DNA of 64,000 nt from Octopus vulgaris (lineage: Eukaryota). Numbering within the stretch: the stretch's first letter is position 1; each line of letters begins with the position of its first letter. The notes below the pieces were generated by a model, which saw nothing but the letters and a program-made list of their open reading frames with translations, ran no database searches and had not been told where the DNA came from. Location of the stretch: the NCBI GenBank assembly GCA_951406725.2, contig OX597819.1, positions 47,802,001 through 47,866,000 of the forward strand. The letters run 5' to 3'. The translations under genes and the position numbers were made by a program. Below are positions 1 through 13,064 of this stretch, in pieces.

Positions 1-1120
1 TTTACTAGCTTTACCATTCTCCAAATTCTTCCAACCTCCAGCACTTATCCAGCTACTTTTTGTTTTACACTGACGTTATCTAGCTCACCTCACTTCTACT
101 TAAAGCTATAATGCTCAGTAATCTACATATGCTCAACTTTTTGGGGATCTTCAATTCAACCCAGAATAACATTCCTGCTACAAATTATTTGACATTTGCC
201 ACTTTGGACAGCCTGTACACATTGTCTTCTCACTTACATGTATAAACTCTCCAAATATTCTTAAACTCTTTCTCACCTCCAGTCCCAGTTTTTATCCTTC
301 TATCACAGTCTCTTTCTAAATCAGATCATCTAATCATTGCCTCACCAAAGCAATCCACCTCGCATAATCCTAGTGCAAAACAACTCCTTATATTAAACCC
401 TCTCACACTTCAGGTCAACAAATTAATCAAAACTTTACCAATTCTATGCTGATTTCTCATGATGAAAAATTTGCTACACTCTTAAACCATAAAAGACTTC
501 TAAGTGGGTAACTGAAATGATCCTCCTGGAGATGTTCTACATTCCTCATACAATTAAGGCTACAATCATAAACTTCCAGTAATCTTTCGTGGAAATTACA
601 CATCAGTGGCTCCATTCTCAGAGCAAGCAAGGAGAAAGACAGCCACTGTTCTTCTGCAGTTATTGTCATAGCATACATCCAGACAGAATAACCTTAAATA
701 GTATCAACAATAGGTAACAACTGTTCTCTGACCAAATCCACCTTACTTGTCTCTGTTTAATTATCAAACTTTCTCTCACCAGTATGTTACATAGCGATCT
801 GCAGATGTTCTCTCTTCATTTCTTCTATGGTTATTGCAATGGTTTTGCTCTCCTGAACTAGCAAGCTGTATACCAACCACGTAAAATCCCTTTCAATGCT
901 CCTGTTTCATATTCTCCCATAATTACCATCTCAACACTTAGCTGATTCTTCATCCCTGTAGTTGTAATTTTCTGGAACTCTCTTTTCTGTTTACATTTTC
1001 CTTGTATGCACCAGTCAGCATTGCTTCAAACTAAACATCATTCACATTAACACCTTCAACCTGGAAAGGTTAACAAAGGCTATGAGCACAACTCCTCTCC
1101 ATTGCATAACATAAACTAAA
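1..1120 (+). mobile_element. Highly decayed LINE RT 3' remnant (CR1/Jockey-like)
   Basis: Broken-frame resemblance to RT C-terminal motifs (…FY.Y.NG…ELASCIP…FIP…FWNSL) at ~780-990. No intact ORF; boundaries uncertain. Confidence 0.4.
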
Positions 1121-2871
1121 CAAAACTATCAAAAGACACCAATATTTTCTGAGGTTATCAAGCAACCCAATTTCTATTCTTGGGTCATATCCACCATTAA
1201 TATTCTTGGAAAAAAATCATGAATCTCATAGCATTTGATGTCTCCTGCCCCTAAAATTATCAGAACTAAAACTTTGTTAAAAAAAAGCATTACATATTTC
1301 AGATGAAAACAATAGAATTCCTAGTTCAGGGGAAACAAATGAGTGAAAACATATACTTCTGTTTATTTAGTTTACAATTTCATTCCATATGTTTGAAACC
1401 ATTCCCTTACACAGATGCTACTAAAGTTCTAGAATTCAAATGTTTCTGATTTTTTTTCCTGGATATTACTGTGAATATAAACGTTGGCTTACTTGGTTAA
1501 GATATAATAAACATATAGACTTTTCTTTATCATACTGCACTTGAGTAAATATACAAAATGTCGAGCTTACAATAAAAGGATGGTGGCAGGAGCTATGAAT
1601 AAGGTTTAAACGTACCGAGATGAATTTCGGTGGAATTTAATTCCCCCCCAGTTACTAAACTTTGGGGAATAGATGACTTACAAATAGTAAATATATTGAG
1701 TTAACAAAACATGAGGTCATTTTACAAGTTATCTCTTGAAATCTACATTTGCTCACTTGAAACTCTTATTCGCTTTTCTCACGAATCTATTGTGAAGAAA
1801 TTTATATGATGTAATGGAAGGATGGTAAAGGAGTAGATCTAGTCCTGTACTAAATGACTTATATGATTTTATCTCTCTTAGTACTTTATTCAGACCTCCT
1901 CTATCTTCAGTCCCATCCTCACTCAACAATTTAATAAAAGTGTACTCAAAATACAGAAATCGTTTCAGATATTAACATGATATTTAGTTCATTGTAGTAG
2001 TATGGCGGTAGACAAGGCTGTAGTATATTTCCTGCTGAAAATAAGTATCTGATGTTAAGGTTTCACAATGATCAAGGAGATAAGATGTTGGTTTCTTAAA
2101 CAGAAAATATAAAAACTTTGGTTTTATTATTCCCAATGTTTTCAACATCAGAAATAACCATAATAGGGTTATAATGCAGTGATTAAGAAAATGCTTGGAG
2201 TTAACTAGCACTATATTTTAGTCAAGCAAAGCAAGGGAAACTTCTACTTTTTTGGATTATTAGAATTCCGTAGTGAAAGTATAAACTTGTGTCTCATAAA
2301 ATAATTTGCAGAATTTGTTCTGACTCTCTACACTCCTAGTTCATATCCAACCAACACCAACTTTATCTTTCATCCTCCTGAGGTCACTAAAGTAACAGTC
2401 CTGCATTTGGGGTTGATTCTTCTCTCTTTATCTCTTGTTCCAGAAGCAATCTTCTGAGGCTGGATTTGGTGGGGGATGTGCTCTATCAAGTTTATTCCCC
2501 ACATATACTCTACATCATGATAATATCCTACAACTTCATCAAGAGTTGAAGGTTCAAGTCTTTCTAACAATAATATTACAAAACCTTAGGTAAAGAGTAT
2601 TCATTGAAATGGTAGACACAAAAATATCATTAATGCTCCATTAAATGGAACAACAATGAATTCATAACCAACAGAATAAATGCAAAAACAACAATAAAGA
2701 ATGGAAAATCTGTATTTGTTGTTACAACAGCTGACTCTTACAACATACAGTTTGTAAGATTGGAAGCAAATGGCACTATTTTTATAATAGTAACACACAT
2801 TTACAATTATCATGATTATCAAGACAAGGAGGCACACAAACACACACCGACACAGACAGATGTATACATGC

Positions 2872-2911
<40 letters not shown>

Positions 2912-3361
2912 TTCTTGTATATTCCATCTTCTATCTTTCATTTGTTATATATATATATTATATAAAATCTGTTCCGTCTGTCTGTGTGTGTGTCTTCTAG
3001 GATCTCGGGTATCTTCCATTCGATTGCGTTCATATTTGATATGTAGATACCGACAGTATCAGGGCGTGTATAAGTCTTGAAAAAATTACAAAAATCAATT
3101 CCAGGTGAGAATGCGATCGATCAAGTCATGGGAACGTGCATTTGTAAAATCATTTTTCTTGGAATAGAAAAAAAGTATATCTTTATTTCTTCTTTTGCTG
3201 GTGTCTCGAATTTAGGTTAAATCAGTGTTTCTCAACATCTGGGATCACGTTAATTAAGTAATATGCTACTGGATCAATCACAGGTTAATATAATTGATAC
3301 GGAAAACAATGAAATGGTGACCATTCACTACTTGATATAAAATTCTTCTCATCCTCTTTGC

Positions 3362-3690
3362 CCAGTTATTCCTGGGAGGGTTGTTGGGTAAAAGTCCTTC
3401 TATCAGGTCCTGTCTGAAGCAACAGTCTCCAATTGATCCAGCTGGATTGCCAATTGCGACAAGTTAAGTTCATGGATGTTATCCAGCCATCTTGTTCATG
3501 GTCTGCCCCTGGGTTTTCTGCAAGTTGGTTTTGCCTGTAAGACCTGTCCAGCAATTCTTTCCTGAGACATTTTTTTACCATATGTGCATAACATCAGAGC
3601 TGTGATTTCTCATTTCAAAGAAGTAATGGCTATACCTGGAGTGCCTCTCTGATCTCTGAGCAATCTTCTGATACCAACCCACCTGAGATT
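3362..3690 (-). mobile_element. RTE-like RT C-terminal remnant
   Basis: Minus strand encodes a RGRP*TRWLDNI-like motif at ~3470-3510. Degenerate. Confidence 0.5.
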
Positions 3691-4355
3691 AATTTTATGA
3701 TACAAATTTCCTGATTTAAAATGATTTAACCCTTTAGCATTTAAACCAGCCATATCCAGCCAAAATATTCTACCTGTTTTAAGTTAAAACTGACCAGATC
3801 CAACCTCTCGCACCCAGCCTAAAATGTCATTCTAAAAATATACAATCACTTCATCACAATACTGAAGCTATGGGATAATGCCTGATAAATTCCAAACAAT
3901 GTAACTAAATAAAGAATAAATTGGACATAGAAATCAGACTGCTAAAGGATTAAACTAAAACCCACCATCAAAATTTTATGTTAATTCATGTTCTAAACAT
4001 CAGATTAAAAACGACAAAATTATTTTCCTAAATTCTTTGTTATTTTAAAAATCAACTGAAATAAAAGCAATGTATTTTAACAGAAATATACAAATAAAAG
4101 GGTTAATTTATTGACATTTTATTAAACAAAATATTACCAGAAATCTAAATCTTGATTGTCTTTAATTCATTTGATTTTTTTTTTTTGCACCATTTGTTTG
4201 TAAATACAGCAAACTTTCTACTTTAGCTCATCATGAAAATGAAGTCTCAAAATTTTCTTTATTTATGCTCCATCAAATTTATATTTAATCTAATACATTT
4301 TGCTAGTTTGTTGCTCAAAATTAGAAAATAATTTTATCTATTAATCAAAACAGAC

Positions 4356-4620
4356 TTTATTTACACGTACAATTAATAATCAATTTTACATACATTTCCT
4401 GCTTAATGATTTGGCATCTTAAAAATACTATGCAATTATTATACAATTATTAATTGCCTATAATTATTACAGACAATTAAACAGAACTGATTATGTAAAT
4501 GAATGAAAGCAATAAGGAAAGAAACAAAAGTATTTTTAAAATTTTTATTATCAATTTTTAACAAAAGGTTTTAAGACTGATGCAATCAAAGAATTGTTTG
4601 CAACAAAGCAGGTATTTATT
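4356..4620 (-). promoter_or_regulatory. Candidate poly(A) signals (AATAAA) in the NAA35 3' UTR
   Basis: AATAAA on the minus strand at 4620-4615 and 4361-4356. The region is AT-rich, so the site actually used cannot be determined. Confidence 0.3.
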
Positions 4621-4787
4621 TGTCTCTGATCAACTTCAGTCAACGTTCAGACCATTTGTGCACATAGCAGTAACAACAAAACACTCAATCCACCTGAATG
4701 AACCAATGTAAGTTTTGGTTTAGATCAGCTCCTCATTCTAATGACATATTACTATGCCAAAAGGTAGAATAATACTCAGGTGCCAAA

Positions 4788-4847
4788 TTAATTTAATTTA
4801 ATTACAGGACAAACTTTGCTGAGGCTAAAGTCAAATTCAGGTGGATC
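4788..4847 (-). CDS. NAA35: NAA35 terminal coding exon: DPPEFDFSLSKVCPVIKLN*
   Basis: End of ORF 4788..5240. Acceptor ttttacag|GAT. PPEFDFS...P..KL C-terminal motif; TAA at 4790-4788. Confidence 0.95.
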   Translation of the reverse strand, partial: DPPEFDFSLSKVCPVIKLN

Positions 4848-5554
4848 CTGTAAAAACAACAAAGAAAAATATTTTAATTTTGCAAAATTATTGCATATTT
4901 TTTTAACTGTTCTCATCTGTCTTTTTTTTAGTTGTAGATATCTTATATGACAATTCTTGCTCTGAAAATAAACAGATTGGTGCAGGAGAAACTGTGTGGT
5001 AAGTAGATTGCTTACCAACCACTGGCACATTGGGCAAGTGCCTTCTACTATAGCCTGGGGCCAACCAAAGTCTTGTAAGTGGATTTGATAGACAGAAACT
5101 AAACAAAGCCTGTCATGTGTGTGTGTGTGTGTGTATATTTGTGTGTCTGTGTCCCCCCCCCCCCCCGCAACATCGCTTGACAATCGATGGTGCCCCAGAA
5201 TGGCCACAGTCAAATTACTGAAGCAAATAAATAATAACAAAAAAAAAGATACAAAGGACTATGTTCTTCAGAATCCTTTCAGTTCTCTCTCATCAAAATC
5301 AAAAGTGATGGAGATGCAGGCATGGCTATGTGGTTAAGTTCACTTTACAACAATGTAATTTTTAGTTTGCTCCCAGTGGGTGGTACCTTGGATAAGTGTT
5401 TACTAAAACAGCCTTGAGCTAATCAATGCCTTGTGAATAAAATTTAGTAAACAGAACTGTATGGAAGCCTTCTCACTCAACTGCCCCCTCACTCCCTGCT
5501 GGTTTGCCTGCCTGCCTGCATGACTCACCTGCTTGACCCAGTTTGAATACAGAT

Positions 5555-6234
5555 CAGTCATTCTTAACTTGGGTCCATATAAAATTTTTAAGGGTCCTTG
5601 CATGCAAAATAGTAAATTGGGGAACCACAGTAGTATTTTAAGAGTCCATGAAAAGAATTTTGCTTTAGGTGTATTTATTGCAAGAAACAGTGATATTTCT
5701 TTGTCAAATATTTTACATAGTTTAACCCTTTTGATACCAACCCTTTTGATACTACCTCAGGCTCTGTAGTACAAATGTCTTGTTTTCATAAGTTCTGAAT
5801 TAAAATCTTCCACTAAACCTTAGTCACAATTTATGTCCCTAACACTAGCTTAATGATAACAGATAGGTGCAGGAGTGACTGTGTGGTAAGTAGCTTGCTT
5901 ACCAACCACATGGTTCTGGGTTCAAGTTCCACTGCATGGCACTTTGGGCAAGTGTCTTCTACTATAACCTCGGGTAGACCAAAGTCTTGTGAGAAGATTC
6001 AAAAGAAATACGGTAACAAAAGAGTTAATATGTTTTTGGCAACAGAAACATGTTCTCTGAGAATACTATTGCCAACTTATACAAGTGAATGTGTGGAAAA
6101 CAAAAGAGGAATTTTGCAAAAAAATAGTACCTATAAAACTAACTTTTAAGCATTGAATGGCTATGGAGGTCCACCACAATAAAATAATAATCAAAGGGGT
6201 CCATAGGTTAAAAAAAAATACTGGAGAACCACTG
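5555..6234. mobile_element. hAT-like MITE containing a piggyBac-like MITE that itself contains a SINE head
   Basis: CAGTCATTCTTAAC ... GAGAACCACTG termini, repeated GGGTCC motifs. Flanks ATACAGAT / ATGTAGAT (6/8). Confidence 0.62.
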
Positions 6235-6831
6235 ATGTAGATGGATAACCACTTCCAAAATGTTTTTGTTACCTATAACAATTTATGTTCCACTTATTAC
6301 TCCAGATGAAAAAATACTTTCACTTTCATTTATATTTATGAGAGCAATCTAAAAATTACTTTCCATATTTTTACTGCACATACCAATCTCTCAAATGATA
6401 ACTTCCTCTATTATAAGTTTTTCACATTAATAATTTTTTTCTTTCTTCTTTCTTTAGCATTCAAACTGGCCACATCCGGCCCAAATATTTTATCTGCTTT
6501 ATGTTCAAACCAGCTGGATCCAATTACTTACATCCGCCCTATAATATCATTCTAAAAATGCAACAATCACATACATATTGAACTTTCAAAGCTACAAGAT
6601 ATTGTATGATTAATTTAAAACAATATGAATAAATACGTATTCCATTTGACAAAACAATCTGAATGCTAAAGTTAAATGCTTTCAGAGTAGCATCTGAAAA
6701 GACATTCAGAAAATTAATAATCTGTAATGTGCGAAACCCTTGGGAGCAGATTAAACTAATACCAAGATTCATATGAAGTAAATAACCCCAAGATTCATAT
6801 GAAGAAAAGAATACAAACTGAATTTACTTAC

Positions 6832-6912
6832 TGAGGAGTCCTTTTTGTGACCACTTAACAATAGTTTCATCACAACATAATTAGTTTTTGCAATTTTTAT
6901 TAGGTTTTGAAC
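6832..6912 (-). CDS. NAA35: NAA35 exon: [27 protein letters not shown]
   Basis: Read manually. Acceptor atttcag|GTT, donor TCA|GTAAGT; 81 nt. AK.N.VVMKLL..GHKK motif. Confidence 0.94.
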
Positions 6913-7023
6913 CTGAAATTATGAAAGAAATTCATCATTAAAATTTAATGACATACAAAATCAAACTAGATCTCAGCTTTTGATAATGTTAAAGTATAAG
7001 AAAAAAACTATGTTCAAATTCAT

Positions 7024-7480
7024 AATCATCATCATCATCATTTAACGTCTGCTTTCCATGTTAGCATGGGTTGGACGATTTGACTGAGGACTGGCAAACC
7101 AGATGGCTGCACCAGGCTCCAATCTGATCTGGCAGAGTTTCTATAGCTTGATGCTCTTCCTAATGCCAACCACTCCGAGAGTGTAGTGGGTGCTTTTACG
7201 TGCCACCAGCATGAGGGCCAGTCAGGTGGTACTGGCAATGGCCACACTCAAATGCACAGGAGCCAGTCCAGTGGCATTGGCAACGACCTTGCCTGAATGC
7301 TTTTTCATGTGCCACCAGCACGAGTGCCAGTAAGGCGACACTGGTAACGATCACGCTCGAATGGTGCTTTTTATGTGCCACCAGCACAGAAGCCGGTCAG
7401 CTGCTCTGGCAACAATCACGCTCGGATGGTGTTCTTAGCGCTGCACTAGCACGGATGCCAGTCATCAAATTTGATTTCGA
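7024..7480 (-). mobile_element. RTE 3'-UTR fragment (representative). Others at ~10252-10535(-), 13093-13410(+), 20962-21080(+), 21690-22160(-), 30548-30837(+), 41490-41880(-), 61010-61260(+)
   Basis: Shared core GGTTGGCRTTAGGAAGGGCATCCAGCTGTAGAAAC...CCAACCCATGCTAGCATGGAAAGYGGACGTTAAA(TGA)n, attached to RTE RT remnants at 59.4k and 62.5k. Confidence 0.8.
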
Positions 7481-8075
7481 TGTTTAAATTTTTTTTCTTT
7501 AAGATTCTTGAAGACAATGAAATATATTTCAAGATAATTTCATTAAAGAAAAATTAAATTAAACAACAACCTCTATAAATATAAACAAAAAACTTTCTGT
7601 GGACATATTATGAATCATTTGTAAGGATAGTGATGCTATCTAGCACCAAACAAATGGACAGTAAATACAGAGGGTTTACAGTGATTGTGAAGACATCATT
7701 GTGATAATGTGGATCCTCTTCCACTTGTATGTATTTGTTGGCACTGTAATATTCTTGTTGCCACTATTATGTTGTGGCAGCATTCTGTGTTTTATTATCT
7801 TTGACTCATCTATTGTGCTATCGCTGGTAACTCCGTAACTTGAACTTGTATATATCACGTAACTGACACTGACTCCAACTAAGAATTCGTACAACGACTA
7901 CTACTACTGAACCCCTACAACGACTGACCACTGACCGTCTGACTTTATAGTGGTTCTCTAATACCACTCTGTCACGTGAGAAGGGGAGTAACATTTTCAG
8001 CACAACAATCATAAATGTTCCTTGTACAATAGTAAGCTGGTGAATTCTCTATTGGCCTCAATGAAAAGTATACAG

Positions 8076-8452
8076 ACACAGGAGTGGTAAGTAGCTTGCT
8101 TCCCAACTACATGGTTCTGGGTTCATTCCCACTGCATGGCACCTTGGGCAAGTGTCTTCTACTATAGCCTTGGGCCAACCAAAGCCTTGTGAGTGGATTT
8201 GGTAGACAGAAACTGAAAGAAGCCCATCATATATATATATATATGTATATGTTTGTGTGTCTGTGTTTGTCCACCCAACATCGCTTGACAACCGATGCTG
8301 GTGTGTTTACATTCTCGTAACTTAGCGGCTCAGCAAAAGAGACTGATAGAATAAGTACTAGGCTTACAAAGAATAAGTCCTGGGGTCGATTTGCTCGACT
8401 AAAAGCGGTGCTCCAGCATGGCCGCAGTCAAAAGACTGAAACAAATAAAAGA
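8076..8452 (+). mobile_element. tRNA-derived CORE-type SINE, family 1 (representative). Others at ~16555-16935(+), 31275-31665(-), 34275-34698(-), 35490-36200(-), 40700-41090(-), plus partials
   Basis: A-box-like TGTGGTAAG and B-box GGTTCAGTCCC, CORE-like CCTTGGGCAAGTG, internal (TA)/(TG) tract, 3' TGACTGAAACAAGTAAAAGAG tail. Resembles octopus OR-type SINEs (from memory). Confidence 0.85.
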
Positions 8453-10809
8453 CTTGTTCAGTGAACTTAATTCCAACTTGTGAAAGCAGCTGAGTATTCT
8501 ACAAGCTACAAGGGAGAAGACAAGCCACTGGATTTGGTTACAAAGAGACGATGAGCAAAAGCTAGAAGAATATTGAGCAAAACCTAGTAACCAGTTGATC
8601 TAGTGAGTGGGGCCTCATCTAAGAGAGGGAGGGGAAGCATTGTGCAACAACCCATCAATAAGAAGGCCCTGAAATGGCATGCATTTTCTCCTGTTATGTC
8701 TTAATGTCTCACCAATAAGCTTGCTAGCATTCAGCTAGTTGAAGCTTTCGACTGGTAGCACTGACATCTGCAAATTGTTTACAGAAAATTCAGACAAACG
8801 TGCCTTAAAACAATTCTCAGGTCAAATCAACATGACACAAAATGACAAAGCTGAACCGTTGGATTATAGGAGGGAGAGAGAGAGAGAGAGAGAAAAATCA
8901 ACTAGTATTGGACTGGTTCTTAATTTTCTCAAAAGTAAGTAAGGTAAAGTTGACCTGGCAAGAATCTGAGCTCAGAGTGTAAAGAGTGAGAACAAATACG
9001 AAAAACATTCTATCAAACATTCAAACGATTCTGGCAATTTGCCACATTGGTACTTTATTAGTGAAGTCGAGAAGAGATTGAGTAAGGCATTGCTAATTTA
9101 CCAATATTTCAGTGAACTTAATTCCAACTTGATATGTAGTGTCAATGGATAATGCATGACAAATATGAAAATACCATTATTTAGTGGTGGAAGATTCCTT
9201 TGGTAAATAAAGACCAGAGATTAATTAGGTCAAAGCCAAAGTCCCGTAGACTCAGAAGCAAAATTAAGACACATAGAAGGATGTTATATCCCAAGACACT
9301 CCAACTTAAGCCAATAGAAAAAAATTAAACATTAAAATAGTAATGGCTCATGGAGTTTTTTTGCTTTTTTTTATTATAAATATATTTATTTTTGTCTGTT
9401 AATATCATAAACAACTTTAAGGCAGTGAGATGGTAGAATCATTAGCACACCAGACGAAATGCCACTAAGCATTTCATCCATCTTTACGTTCTGTGTTCAA
9501 ATTCTACTGAAGCTGACTTTGCCTTTTATCCTTTTCAAGTGGCAAAATTTGAAATCAATATCATAAACAACTTTATGTTAAACTTTTTCTTTGATTGTTT
9601 GCAAATATGATGGTGCTCTTTCTTTCTGGGAATAATTTATCAAAAGACAGACAGTAATCGTTTGTTAACATTTCAGTCACTTTACTTATGCACCAGAAAT
9701 CAAACAGCCATCACCATACTGTAAGTTTATATGATGTTTGGATTATGGAAAAACAAATTTTAAAAATAAAAAAAAATCATTAAATACAATCCTTTTTATT
9801 TTACTTTTAAACTAGTAAGAACTAAAAATAAAAGTCAAAAGTTTAAATTTCACAAAAGCAAAGCAGCAGTGTATGTTATGAAAATGGAGAACAGGGCAGA
9901 CATATTAAATGATGCATATATATATATATTTACACACCCACACACATATATACATATATATACATCTACATGTAAACAAACAGACACACATACATATATA
10001 CATGCACACATACAATCTTTCATCCACCATCTTCTAATTTTACATACTGTTAATATTCATCATCATTATCGTCATCGTTTTACGCCTGTTTTCCATGCTG
10101 GCATAGATTGGTCTTAATGTTTCACATGTAACTGGAGGTTAGTGTACTAAATACAATCTGACTCAATTAAAACATGAACATTATTACAGTATATACTGTA
10201 CCAATATTTTTGATAATGTTGAAGTATAAGAAAAAAAACTATGTACAAATTCATCATCATCATCATCATTTAACGTCCACTTTCCATGCTAGTATGGGCT
10301 GGACGATTTGACTGAGGACTGGCGAACCAGATGGCTGCACCAGGCTCCAATCTGATCTGGCAGAGTTTCTACAGCTGGATGCCCTTCCTAATGCCAACCA
10401 TTCCGAGAGTGTAGTGGGTGCATTTATGTGCCATCAACACGAGGGCCAGTCAGGCGGTACTGGCAATGGCCACGCTCAAATGGTGCTTTTTATGTGCCAT
10501 CTGCACAGGAGCCAGACCAGCGGCATTAGCAACGACAATAACAATAAAAATATTATGCCAGAAGCTGTTACTGTCGCCCATTCCAATATTTCATGGGCAA
10601 TGTTTGTAAATATGTTATTGTTATTTAGCCCTAGGTTTACCCTGATTCAGTAAATCTATAAATAAAAACATTCCAGTCATATATCAGGGAATACACTGTT
10701 CAATATGTTCGCTATTATATTAGAAAAGAAATGGTTAAGTTAGTTGAATTGAAATCACACTGAAATAAATAATAACATTTTTAAAAAATATTTCAAAGAC
10801 AAAACTCAC

Positions 10810-10932
10810 TTCCTCATTGGGATTGGGTATATTCTCATAGAAGGTCTTAGCCTGGTGGAATTGTTTACAAGCTAACCCATACATTTCAGTAGATGCTCGT
10901 TCATAATTATACTTCGATAAATCATTCATTTC
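10810..10932 (-). CDS. NAA35: NAA35 exon: EMNDLSKYNYERASTEMYGLACKQFHQAKTFYENIPNPNEE
   Basis: Within ORF 10735..10929. Acceptor ttcctcag|GAA, donor GAA|GTGAGT; 123 nt, phase 0-0. F.QAK...ENIPNP motif. Confidence 0.95.
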
Positions 10933-11078
10933 CTGAGGAAAATTCCAAAGTTAAAGAAAGAAATTTGACAAGAGTTAAGTAAACAAAAATTTAACTAAAT
11001 GATAAACAGTCATAAAACCCTGAAACATTTAAAATGGGACATAGTTAAATAAATATTACTGCAAATGTACTCCTTTAA

Positions 11079-11301
11079 CCCTTTCGTTACCAACCCAGCT
11101 GAAACTGGCTCTGAGTGCAAATGTCTTGTTTTCATAAGTTTTGAATTAAAATCTTCCACCAAACCTTAGTCACAATTTATGTTCCTAACACTAGCTGAAT
11201 GATAACTAAGTTATTTTACTAAATTCTTTGTTATATTTTAAGTAATTGATATTTAAGGTAATTGAAAGAAACATCTCAAAATAATTACAGTAACGAAAGG
11301 G
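11079..11301. mobile_element. piggyBac-like MITE family B (others 36433-36638, 44680-44901, 56194-56407)
   Basis: TTAA|CCCTTTCGTTAC ... GTAACGAAAGGG|TTAA. The empty site in pogo copy 1 (~28636) has a single TTAA where copy 2 carries the MITE. Confidence 0.88.
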
Positions 11302-12797
11302 TTAACTACTACCAATATGTCAACAATTTATAGAGACATGACTGCTAAATAAAATGTATAGAGAAATCTGTGGGTTTCTTTTAGTCTCATTAATTTGCTT
11401 TTTTTTTTCACTATTTGCTTGCAGTAAAAACAAAGAGAACAAAATATAAATTCAAAATAACTTATAGAAATGAAGGCCCTTTTTTGTGGCAAACAACCCC
11501 ACCATGAGGCAACATTAGAATCTATTGCCAGCAGGGCATATTGAAGCAAGTTACATACACTACAAAATTATACACATACTGACACTCCATTACTTATGAT
11601 GATAAGATTTCCAGTTGATTCAATCAGCTTGTGAAATTAACATGCAAGTGGCTGAGTAATCCACAGACACACATACCTTTAACATAGTTCTCAGGGAGAT
11701 TCAACACGGCTTAGCATGTGACAAGGCTGGCCCTTTGAATTACCAGTACTACTTATTTTTGCCAAGAGAGTGTACAGGAGCAACATGAAATAAAGTGTCT
11801 TGCTCAAGAACACAACACTTTGCTGGGAATTGAACTCATAACCTTACAATCTTGAGCGGAATAAGCGAAGCATTAAGTCACATGCCTCCATGCAGAATTA
11901 CAACTGTAGAAAGGTTAATTCACAACCATGTGGTTGATAATCTATCATACACTAAAAGTTTATAGTTATTATAAAATTAAATTTACAATAAAACACAATA
12001 TTTTAATTTTTGTTTCTACAGGTGTAATTATGATCTAATTAAACCCAATTGATACCAACCTGCTTTAGACCACTTCTGGTTTGAGCATATCAACTTGGTG
12101 TTTTAAAATGATTTAAATTAAAACCTTTCATTACAATTTCATGTTAGTCTGTGTCCAGAAACCAGTTTAATAAGGACAAAGTTATTTTACCAAATTCTTC
12201 ATTATTTTAAAAATTAATTGAAACAAAGGCGATGCATTTCAAAACAAATATGGTAATGAAAGGATTAATAACTAGCTTCATCTTTACAAACTGAAGAAAA
12301 GCACCTTCATTGTCAATGCTAGCTGAAAACAAATGTGGCCCTAAACAAATGTCTTTCCTTCACCATATGTTAGAATGTCAGCTAGTTCAGAGAGTTGTTT
12401 ATTGATAGAAGAAAGAAAAAAAAAAGAAATCTAGTTTATCAAAATATCAGATTTATTCAGTTGGATGGTAAACAAATTCAGAGACAGAGGAAAAAATTGT
12501 GGTTACATGTGCTGCCAAAAAAAAAAAAAGAAAAGAAAAGAAAAAAGAAGTCAATAAATAAAATACACAAATATGAAATATGACATGTAATTTACATCAC
12601 CATTATGGAATACAGATTTATATTTTGAAGACTGTTTAATTGGAGACTTCTTGTTTAAGCTCTAAATCTCTGAAGAAACAAACACAGACAGAAACACACA
12701 CACCGACACAGATATACATTCACACACACACACACACACCGACACAGATATACATTCACACACACGCATGCGCGTACACACACACACACACACACAT

Positions 12798-13064
12798 ATA
12801 TACTTTATTGAAAAAACAGCAGAAATATCACAAAATCTGTTACTCAGAGTTTCATCTTCCTGTTCGTCGGACAACTGTCATTGTTTGGCCTAATGGCAAT
12901 TGTTTCAATGGACTCCACCAAACTGTTCAACAAACAGGAACGTGAAACTCTGAGTAACAGTTTTTGTGATATTTTTGCTGCTTTTCAATAAAGTATATTA
13001 CTCTACCTCTGGTATTCGAGTACTCTTTTTTCCACCTTGTTTCGCATTTATGTGCTTACTCCGG
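12798..13064. mobile_element. Penelope-like pLTR pair in inverted (fold-back) arrangement
   Basis: ~75-bp inverted arms at 12798-12872 and 12923-12998, each with a hammerhead-like motif (…GAAACTCTGAGTAACAG). Flanked by (CA)n and (TA)n. Confidence 0.7.

Noticed and set aside
4848-5240. Upstream part of the 150-aa ORF 4788..5240
   Set aside because: Only 4847-4788 follows a proper acceptor and matches NAA35; the rest is intron and SINE sequence.
8085-8150. tRNA-like A/B boxes in many places
   Set aside because: These are SINE heads; no complete cloverleaf, so no tRNA gene is called.
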